A DNA stretch of 62,220 nucleotides, the filler included, from Sphacelaria rigidula (lineage: Eukaryota): the NCBI GenBank assembly GCA_964200075.2. It is 5 parts of 5 records of this genome, joined end to end, with 100 filler letters (N's around TTAATTAATTAA, not from the genome) between each part and the next. Parts side by side here need not be neighbours in the genome. Positions count along the whole stretch, not along the records: positions 49,859 to 62,220 come from CAXNAA020003854.1; 4 more parts are not named here. One strand, 5' to 3'. Shown here piece by piece: positions 52,659-62,220 of the stretch. The position numbers and the translations under genes are program-made. How positions within the stretch are numbered: position 1 is the stretch's first letter; each line of letters opens with the position of its first letter. The notes under the pieces were generated by a model that did no database searches, was not told the DNA's origin, and was given only the letters and a program-made list of their open reading frames with translations.

Positions 52659-53082
52659 AACAGAGGATTCTCAAAAATGGGATTAAACAAAAAAATGAGG
52701 TTCAACTCAAAAGCCGTGCTTTCCCTGACCCAAAGTCATGACAAATGACTTTCATATGGATGAACTCATCCCTCCCGACCTCCCTAAATCTATTTCATAG
52801 GCTTTCCAGCCTTCCGTTCCCCCGAATGGTATGTGCGAAATCACGATTTTTCAGCCAAAAAGCGTCACTTTTTCCGCCCCGAAATTGAGGCAAAACTGTG
52901 CTTTCGTACATACCCTTTGGGAGAACGGAAGGCTAGAAACCCCCAAAATAGTGTCAGGGAGGCTGGGAGGGATGAGGTCGTTCATATAAAAGTCATTTGT
53001 CATGACTCGAGATCAGGGAAAGCATTGGTTTTGAGTTGAATCTCATTTTTTTGTTGAGCCCCATTTTTGAGAATCCGCTGTT
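52659..53082. mobile_element. Foldback MITE with about 130-bp TIRs and an apparent 5-bp TSD (AATCT)
   Basis: aatct|aacagaggattctcaaaaatggg...cccatttttgagaatccgctgtt|aatct. Arms at about 52659-52785 and 52955-53082 are reverse complements. Confidence 0.88.
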
Positions 53083-54429
53083 AATCTGACGGAAAGGTCG
53101 TCAAAGCTTCACGACTGCTTGCATTCGGGAGTCCTCTCCCCTCCACAGCTGGATGCCGCGATTCCGCCAGAACGCGTAGCAGATTCTCTCGCTCCAACCC
53201 GTGCTTCTTTTTCGTTGTCGATGATAGGTGCCGGTTTCACGTAGCGCACGAGTAATGTGCTGCCCCCGTCATGCGAGAAATCTAAACTCGATTCTTGTAG
53301 GGGGATTCCAGCGCGAACCAGGGCTGGGATCTTGAACCTGAGCAGGTTGATGTTGAATGTCGTACGTGCCGTAGTGCAGTCGTCAAAACCTTCCGTTCTC
53401 GCCGCGGAGCTCAGGTAAACTAAATCACCTCACAAGGGCTCTCTTTTCATCCTAAAGATATCAGGGGTTTGGATTGTCGATTTTGTGGCGAGTCTGAAGC
53501 ATTCTCCAGAGCAAGCCTCGCACATGAGTAAAATCCGCGAAATGTCAGCATACCCTGGACAGCATATCAGTAGCCACCATTTAATATTGAGTCGTGGGCG
53601 GGCCATAGTATGAGGGCGGGGCTTATGATACATTATGATGTCGGATACGGTCTGGGACATGCGGGGTGTGGAGATGTTCGTTGAACAGCAGTACTGTCCA
53701 AGTTGTTGTCACAATGTACACGACAATCATGATTTATTCGGGGAGAAAACACGTACAGAGCAATGCCACGGTAGGGGTGCACTTTTGCGCAAAATGGTGT
53801 CTGGTTCAGGGGCTTCTAACGATTCTAGATGCACAATGAATATTTGGGCCGGGGCATCCCCGTTTGAAAAATCATTTGACATATCCCCATCACATTGGAA
53901 TAGTAATCCTGGCGTACTCTCACATATTTCATGAGTCGTGTTATGGATTGGATAAAGGGCTCTTAACAATTCTAATCTCATAAAGTATTAGTGCACTCTT
54001 ACCGTAGCATCACTCTACATTTTTTGTTTCCGTGAGTCACCTTTTGAAGAACTTCTTATTCGTAGTGCGGAGAACCACATCTTGCTTTTCGTTATCCACG
54101 CTCAGCTTGAACGTATCCTGGGATTTGAGTGCGAAATGTTGTACGTATGTCCTTCAGAAGTTAGATGGTTGACGGAATCCGGGAATCAATTCTGGTTGTA
54201 CACTACATGAGGCGTCATTCTCGAATCCGCAGATATATCCGCGGCGTACTGATTTCCCCGCGGAGCCTGAAAATTAAAGTTGCCAGCCCAGGACTCGACT
54301 CCTCAACCCAAGCGATGGATGGGCATTGAATGCATTTCATGGACCACGGGGTACACTCGTTGTACAGTTATTGCAACTGGTACACAGTGCACCTCGTTGC
54401 AACCGTAGGTGTAAAATGAGGCCGCCCAT

Positions 54430-55930
54430 AATAAAACAGTTTTCAGCTGAAAAAGAGGATTGTGTAATATCTTTGTAGTAGGCGATTTTCGTTAGTTTTT
54501 TTTTCACGTGGCACCGCTCATCCCAGTAAACACTTGCTCCGGAAGTTTAGAGATTGGGAGATACTAGGCACCCGCTCCACATTCCGGAACAAACATACTC
54601 TCTGCGCTCAACATTGAGCAACCTACCGACTGAATTGACCGGGGGTTTTACTGGTCGTTTCTGGTCCAAAACACATATAACAGGCAGAACTGAAATGTAA
54701 GGATCTTTAGATTATTCACGGACGGGAGCGATCGGAATGTTTCACCCCCTCCCCCGTGCTATGCAGAGCTCGGTTGGGCAACTGACAGCCGATGGAAAAC
54801 AATGAGGATGGAAATTTTTATTGAGGATGACGAAGCCCCGGAACAGTGCGCGGAAAGTGCCCATATAGATTTTTTCCCAAAATATTTCGGTACTGGCGAA
54901 GGACATCGCAACGATTTGAAAGCGACCTCGACCAAGTTGGTAGTGCACTGGGGGGGAGTGCGGCAATGATTTGTCACTAACGCGATCTCAACCATGCTGA
55001 TAGCGCACCTAGGGAAGCCGGCGACGGTTCACCAGTTCCTGTTCTTATTATGTCGAGCTGAAACCGGCTGTCGAAAAATGTTTTTATTCGCTCACTAGCA
55101 ACCCACATAAGGGAGAGAGAATGTTTCATATAAATGGAAGATTACGATGAACCGTCGCCGGCTCCCCTAGGTGCGCTATCGGCTTGGTTGGGATCGCGTT
55201 TTTGACAAACCGTTGCCGCGCTCCCCCCAGTGCATCACCAACCGGGTCGAGGTCGCTTCGAAATATTTGCGTTTCCTTCGCAACTACCGAAATATGTTCG
55301 GAAAACAATATATGGGCACTTTCCGCGCAGTGTTCCGGCGCTTCTTCATCCTCAATGAAAATCTCTACCCTCACTTTTTTGACCGGCTGTTATTCTTCGT
55401 TTTTGAGGACTTCTCCGAATATTCTCGTGTAGTATTCTTCTGTAGCACTCGAAAGTCCTACCGTCGATAGGTATTAGGAAAAGAAGCAGGTCGTGCTCAG
55501 GAGGTGATCCTCAAATTGTGTTGTTAGGTTGATACGGAGTAAGTACCTCGTTCACCGGGGAGGTGTTGTTGATCATGAACGGCAAGAAAGACACAGTTTT
55601 GCGGGTCTAGCGGAATGAATAGGTTGAAAAAAAAAATGGTCTCATTTGTTCACGAGCATGATCAGGACCACTTCAATCGAGCAACATACCCAAGAGTCAA
55701 AACCTGGGGTTAGATAGTCGCAGGACCCCCGAAAACCGGCCAGCCCGTAAGTTATTGCATATAAAGTGCAAATATAACTTTTTTTTGGAATGCAGAGTGA
55801 ATACCTAGTGTCTCCCGATTCCCAAACGTTGGGATCAAACGTTCACCGGGATGAGCGGTGGCACACGAAAACACTCTTGAAAATCGACGACCACAAAAAA
55901 GTGACAAAAATCACCGATTTCAGCTGAGTA
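54430..55930. mobile_element. Large foldback non-autonomous element with nested inverted repeats
   Basis: Inner arms at about 54800-55030 and 55148-55375 (gcgcggaaagtgcccatata vs tatatgggcactttccgcgc). Outer arms at about 54500-54590 and 55785-55870 (accgctcatccc vs gggatgagcggt). Ends are approximate. Confidence 0.75.
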
Positions 55931-57379
55931 CTACCGTAGACCCCCATTTATATGCTCGGTCCCCTTCTTGAGCAATCAACTACGGAGGAGGGAGGGAAGG
56001 GGAGGTGGGTAATCATGATTTTGCATGCCACCGTCATATGACCATTGGCCTCGCATCACTACAAACGCGGGATGGAGCACGGAGGGGGGGATGTGAATCA
56101 GCTCCTACCTGTTTTTAATGCAATACCCGCGAATGCTGCGCACCTTCGAGTATGGAAGGTTCCGGACGTGCCACTCCCACGCCTTTTGCGTATCGCGAGG
56201 GTGAAAGCTGGGCTGCGAGAAAAATCCAACAGCAACGGCGAAAATGTTTCCGTGAGATTCAGAGTATCAGATCGGATTGAGAGTAAACAAATGATTCGAG
56301 AGACGATCGCATGCACCTTTCAAATTGTCGAAGGACACGTTGACGTGTAGCATAACCAGAGGCTAGTTAACCGTCGTAAGGCTACATTTAGACTACGTTT
56401 TAGAGTGACTGACACAATTTTTCAAGTATCGCTACCCCTAACCCTAACCCCAACCCCAAAGCATACCAAGAACCCTCGAGCAAGTGCGCAACATACATTC
56501 CCTAGGCAAAGTGCGGCCTTGGTAGACCCCAAATCGGCGCCTGTGGCGCCGATTTCAACGAAAGCGCGTTCTGTGCACGCGAGGAGCACACGGGACTGTC
56601 AGCCCCACTAAAACCCCGATTCTCGTCGTTTACACTCAACTCAAGGAATATAAACCGTCCTAAAACGTACCCCAACGCCGGTAAACTCTACTGAAGTACA
56701 TTGTCAGCAGATGTCCCTAAAATAGGGTTCACGAGGTGCTGCGGAGAATACACCGCAAGTTGCACAACAAAGTTGGAACTCTATTTGCTGCCCTAGTGAC
56801 TGACGACACACCGCCGCCCTACTGAAGCACGGGAGCCCCATCATAGTGTCGTTGAGTCATGGACTTAGAGGTGGGGTAATGATCTTCTTTCTCCCAGCTC
56901 CTACAGAGCGTACAAATGAGTACGCCCCCCCCCCCCCCCCCCCCCCCCCAGAACGGGGAAAGCACCCCACCCCCCCCCGCCGCCCGCCCCCCCCCCCCCC
57001 CCCCACAAAAAAAAAACTCACNNNNNNNNNNTGGGGTAATAATCTTCTTTCTCCCAGGTCCTACAGAGCGGCCAAAGGGGTACGCCCCCCCCCCCCCAGC
57101 TCCTACAGAAGTGGGAAATCACCACACAGCCTGTGCGTCGACGACACCGCTCCTGCCACGAAGAAAAAATGAACTCATGGAGCCGCCTTACACAGGTGCC
57201 CACCGGTACACATTTTCTGCACTTACAGTATCCCCAATGTCCCTAGGTTACACAGGCAGTGGGCATCGTACATACAGCGTGAATGGGGTTGGTAACACCA
57301 ATCCCAGGACATGGTCAATGTTGTGACGTGTATGTAGTACAACGCGAACGAGGTGAGCAACGGGTGCATTCGAATCTGA

Positions 57380-58700
57380 TGAGTACTGTACTCCCGTTGT
57401 CAAGCTGCCTAAAACTTCCGCAGGTCGTGAAAATATTGCTGGTAACCTGTATCAACGGCTTCCTGCTCGCGTAGGTGTCGTACCTCTCATCGTCTGCAGC
57501 ACTGCCGCCATCACAAGCAGGCACACGTGTTGAGTGCTGCCGTAGTTTGAACCCAGCCCCTACCCTAAGCCGTGACCGTAAAACGAAAGTTGTATTCCTG
57601 CGAGATATCCCTGCTGCCGTCGTGTCCACGTGATCCAAGACTCAGATGTTTGGAATTCGAAGTACTTGCGGGCAGATGGCGGTGGTATGCAGCTACTACT
57701 GTGTACAGCACAGCGACGTGGTGACAGCCCAAGCACTTTTCTCGTCCGCTACGGAGCCTTTTGCACCCTGCGGTGGCTTGGGCGATAGCTAGGAACTGTG
57801 TGAGTGTAAACCAGTTCTTGTAGTGTCCATTGGAGGGTCATGGAACGAAATCTGACAGGTACTCAAATCGTGACTTGGATGTAACTAAATCCAAGTCGCG
57901 ACTTGGATTTAGCGTCACTCTATTTACAGATTTTGGCGACCATTGGTCACGTTGTTCATCCCGTACTCACATTGATGGAGCTTGGAGAGAACTGCCCTCG
58001 ATATAATCCCTATGGAGACCAGAGAGCGAAAAATGCGTCGTTGTCAGTATTCGGCGTCTGCTCTTCGCTGGGTGTGACTCTCAGCGTTGTAGTACTCAAA
58101 GATACGGGGAGAGAAGGCGGTGGCAACCGATCGCATTGACGGTGACACTCCTGTCAGTTACACAGCAGCAGCTAACGAGTCGTATTACAGTACAGCGCCC
58201 CAATTCCATGTTGTCAGCATAGCTCATAGTAATACGGTACTGGGGAACATTAAATACATCCACGTCCATCGCCGTTCCTGACTCCCTTGCTCTGTCCTTC
58301 TATTTTTACACAGAAGACGGTAGAGTTGCGCGGATACTCCGTCGCATACGCAGATATCATGTCAAGAAGATATTCCGTGTGGGACATTATCGTCACATGC
58401 CGTATATACACCTCTGCAGGGACGGGATCGCCAATCTCGTATTCCCAGTCTCCTGTTCCACCTAATGGGCGTGTAGATCTCCATCGCCGACCTGCCTCAC
58501 GCATCGTAATGATCGACGAACGACGGGGCAGGCGTCGTAAGAGGTGCGGTGTGTAGTCGCGTATTGGGCAATCGCAGATCCCCGTGTAGTTAACAAACCA
58601 ACAACGGTGTGCCATTTTGGCGGTGACACAAAATATGTGCTGCTAGCTCTCCTTTGTTTCTTCAAACACATGTACTCGTATGACTCTCACATTCGAGGTC
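57380..58700 (-). mobile_element. Possible highly decayed non-LTR retrotransposon with restriction-like endonuclease C-terminus
   Basis: Fragments IGDPVPAEVYI and ACDGGSAADDERYDTY...TTCGSFRQL loosely resemble CRE-clade RT-thumb and RLE motifs. Many stops. Confidence 0.3.
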
Positions 58701-60094
58701 GTGGGTGATGGAGTCGTATTCCTCCACCTGTTGATTCGAACACAGGCACGGGTAAGAGGAGGGATGAAGGACGGGCGATGCTGAGAGGGCTACAACACGA
58801 TACGTACCTATGCACACATACCTCACACGTTAAAATCACATGCTCTCAGAGAAGACACGCAAGTCTTACCAAGCCTGTGGAGTGCGTCACGCTGTACTCA
58901 GCAGTAGTAGTCGATCGCGACCGCCTTCTACAAAATTCATATATTAGGAAATATCTGGTCAATATCTTGCCAGTTCAGTAGCATCTGGAAAGGTGGTCAT
59001 GACCCGAATCCGTTTGCCAGCCTGCAGTGCTGTCTGGATCCCGGCTCCATGCGATGCTAGCATAGTACTTCGTATATCCTCTGTTGCTGTCCTCAATTGC
59101 AAAATACTCAACCCGATTGGTTGTTGGGAATGCCCAGTGTGTTTGGTTCGGTTAATGTTTGCTATATTTCGAGGGACCTAATCACGGGACGAATATCGGG
59201 CCAGTGAGAGTCTTGTGAGATACGGGACACACCTCGCCGGCAAGGATCCAAGGATCCAGAGATGCGGCGGAACTCATCACACAAAAACGCGGCGAAACTC
59301 CTGAAACCATCAGAGATGCGGAGTAATTTGATGTTCTTGAACCGTCTACTATACATCGCGCGCACCCTTTGCACGCCCATCTACCAGAATATTCGCGGGT
59401 GAGAGAGCTGAACAATTTGGTGCATTCTGTTCAGATTCGATCTCCCGTCATCATGCCTTGGACTAGGAGATTGTCACCGCGACACAGAAGAGCGTGGAGA
59501 TGACGCTTCGCGCTCAGTGAAGAGCAAGGATGCGAAGAGCACGCCCGGGACGGCGCTACCCGCAGGCAGTATGTTCATCCGGTGCAGGCCTGTTGTGGAC
59601 AGCTGCCTTACTTCTTCGGCATCAACTGTGTCGAGCATGTGAGTACTCGGCAATGCAACACGGCACAGAGCGGTAAGATCAGTATCTATGCACTTTTTCC
59701 TGTACTGGAGTGACATCGAAAATTGCCGGAAACTCTGCGCCTGGTCCCCGAGGAACTTTCGGGTACGCATTGGGGCTCTCTTGTCGAGCTTTGTGGGGTT
59801 CCGGGTGTCAGGTTTCCAGCCAAGAGCCCTTTTCGAGGCCAGGCGTGCCATACCGAATGCTTTGTCTGCACTGGGCTACTGTGGCCTCTTGGGAGGCCGT
59901 ACATATGAATTGCCAGGACACCAACTTATTTATCTGTATCTACCGCGCCTTTTGCAATCAGGGTACTACGTGTATTGCCTCGAGACGAATGATTGATTGT
60001 GCCGTGTGTCCAGTTCAACGTTCCTTGAGGTAGAGCGTTCTGCTCACGAAGTGACTACCGTACGTGTTTCGAGGGTCACTTCCAGCAACCACTT

Positions 60095-60131
<37 letters not shown>

Positions 60132-60409
60132 TTCATTTCAATTAGATGTCAAGACAAATGAATGTAAATCAAGGGCTCTGACTTTCATTAATTTGCACCC
60201 CTCTCGTCTGATGGGTGAAAACTGCAGTTCAAATTAGGAGGCCGTAAAAACTAGTTTAGTAGTGAGCGCCTGAGCTGTTCATTTTGTAGTTCCTTCGTAA
60301 TTCGCGATTTTCTTACGCTCTTTCGCTTCCCACCGCTACTCACATTGGGAATCTGGAGATGCTTGTATTCGCTACGAATTCCGAGAAAAAAATTCATCTG
60401 CACTATATA

Positions 60410-60670
60410 TTGAGAGTCATCCTACGATAGAGGGGGGGGGTATTTTTGGCCATTTGTTGCTCGAAATTTCGAGTCAGATCGTCGTTGAAAGCAGCAACGG
60501 TTGTTCGCACAAGCTTGTTGTGGATCAATAACGCTCCTCCATACTGCCTGACACCGTTTGGAACCGAATTCAAGCGCAATGCAAGTGTGGAAGGATGCCT
60601 GACACACTTATGAGCCTCTTTTTTCGTTCAACCAAATACCCCCCCCCCTATCGTAGGATGACTCTTGAGT
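60410..60670. repeat. Inverted repeat within a probable DNA-transposon remnant
   Basis: gagtcatcctacgatagagggggggggtattt (about 60414-60445) vs aaatacccccccccctatcgtaggatgactc (about 60634-60664). Confidence 0.7.
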
Positions 60671-61274
60671 GACTTACGGGCTGGCCGGTCATCGGGAGTC
60701 CTGCGACGTTTCAGCCCAGACTCTGACTCCTCGATATTTTCGGTCGATCGAGCCTGTGCCAATCGTATTTGTGAAGAAATGTACAGGTTTGTCTTTTTTG
60801 AATTACTACCCACTCATGGCACTGGAGCCAAAAAACTGTGTTTCACGGCCAATAACACCCTCCTGATAAACGGGGTATCTACGTATATCGACCGATAAAT
60901 CTAACCAACATTACGTTGGATACTGTTTTCTAGGGATGTTCCATCTATTTTACCAGAATCTACTGACGCTAGCACTTTCGAGCTCTATCAAAGCGTGGTG
61001 CGCGAGAAAAAACCCAAAACAACCCTGAGCAGTTCAGGCGCTCACTACTGTAGACGGAGGACGAAAGAGCATCTACTGCACTCACCGATCGTACCATGTG
61101 GTGTTGGTGGGTATGAGGGCACCGGTGGTCCTTACGGTTATAATAGGAGCACTGACCCAAATAATGCATGGCCAGGTGAGCGTGCGGCCCTGTAGGACCT
61201 CCCCACCTGAAGCCATGAGCAGGGATGGGCCATTCTCTTTTCATTTTCTTGCTCTTGTTTTCGTAGGATCGGTA

Positions 61275-61308
<34 letters not shown>

Positions 61309-61536
61309 TGGCAGATGACCCCCCCACTCGTTCCCCTACCTTCCTTTGATTGCTTCCCCTTTGTTTTTGTTGACTTCTGTTTCTCATTCTTCAGCTTACT
61401 CCGTTTGTTCTGTCTTCATGTTCGTTTTCTCCCCTCCTCGACCTTCCTTATGAAAGCGTTTCCGTTTTATTCGCCTTGGGTACGCTTGTCTATCTTGCGA
61501 TCACGGCTGGCTTCATAGAGGATCAGCTTCTGTGCG

Positions 61537-61573
<37 letters not shown>

Positions 61574-61817
61574 GGCTTCTGCGTGCCGCATCCTCACGCG
61601 TGAATCTTGCTTCGCGTTCGCGTTGGGGGGGGGGGGGGGGGGGGGCAAAGGAGAGTGGGGGGGAGGTAACGGGGGGGCGCGTGCCAAAACACGCCCCCCC
61701 CGACGGGGGGGGGGGCCCCAATTTCTTTTNNNNNNNNNNCTTGTCGCACGCATAAACCACTCTTTTCAGCATCCTCGGGTATGGGGCGGCCCGGCGGCGG
61801 GGCGCCGCGGCGGGCGT

Positions 61818-61861
<44 letters not shown>

Positions 61862-62220
61862 ACAGCGAATTGGGCGCAGATATCAGGCGAGCGCGTTCAG
61901 AACTACGCCATCCCCGACGAAGGTGGGGGCGCCAATTCCTTGTTCTCGCCCCGGATGGGAATGGCACTGACTACCACGAATACCACTCCGGTGAGTCGCT
62001 GTAGCAGAGAATCATGAAATGATCGTTTCAGACAGTACCGAAATCTCGACGTAAAGGAGAGGGTGTGCTAGCGCTTCGGCGATGGTCTCGGTTACTCCAG
62101 GAGCAGGTCTGCTAGCATATGGGGGGGGGGTGTACTCATGATCATGCATGCCATAGTGATCACTGAGGGTGTACTCATGATCATGTATACCATAGTCATA
62201 AGACCATTGACCTCGCATCC

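Larger units (their letters stand above)
49990..54000 (-). pseudogene. Probable heavily decayed CxC-associated KDZ-like transposase, interrupted by two MITEs
   Basis: Frameshifted and stop-ridden minus-strand fragments in the expected order: Cys-cluster region (SSCGG...SSIGFMVGS...DG...LFNKS), TSLSS...RPF, FAPG, GTC..LY.STKTLTSALVCCSYHCSGVCL...SPLRLLDVLY, then LKFHVTRTHH....HC. Motif recognition is by eye only. Confidence 0.45.

Noticed and set aside
56432..56460. Telomere-like CCCTAA units (also about 33830-33870)
   Set aside because: Only two or three degenerate interstitial units; not a telomere.
59474..59851. 125-aa ORF possibly from a retroelement endonuclease region
   Set aside because: Similarity too weak to assign by eye, and no splice or domain support.

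Overview
Eukaryotic genomic DNA, most likely a brown alga or related stramenopile. This is inferred from the short-exon/long-intron gene structure, the gene families and the repeat content. The window is not contiguous: it is five scaffolds of near-identical, decreasing length (1-12367, 12468-24833, 24934-37296, 37397-49758, 49859-62220) joined by 100-bp artificial linkers (N44-TTAATTAATTAA-N44), so adjacency across linkers means nothing. By reading splice sites and checking phases by hand I reconstructed four partial genes. Scaffold 1 has a minus-strand multi-pass membrane protein with a GC-AG intron and a 3x50-aa Pro/Gln tail. Scaffold 2 has a plus-strand long coiled-coil protein (11 exons). 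Scaffold 3 has a minus-strand secreted metzincin (M12/reprolysin-like) protease. Scaffold 4 has the 3' half of a class IV sirtuin (SIRT6/SRT1-like). Scaffold 5 has no intact gene and appears to be nested transposon debris, including a probable decayed CxC/KDZ-type transposase. Introns carry TA-target TIR elements, a Stowaway-like MITE, foldback elements, a tRNA-derived SINE, three non-LTR retroposon 3'-end families and a 42/84-bp minisatellite. I found no convincing novel multi-gene system. The best leads are mobile-element oddities. Most of the supplied ORF track is spurious.
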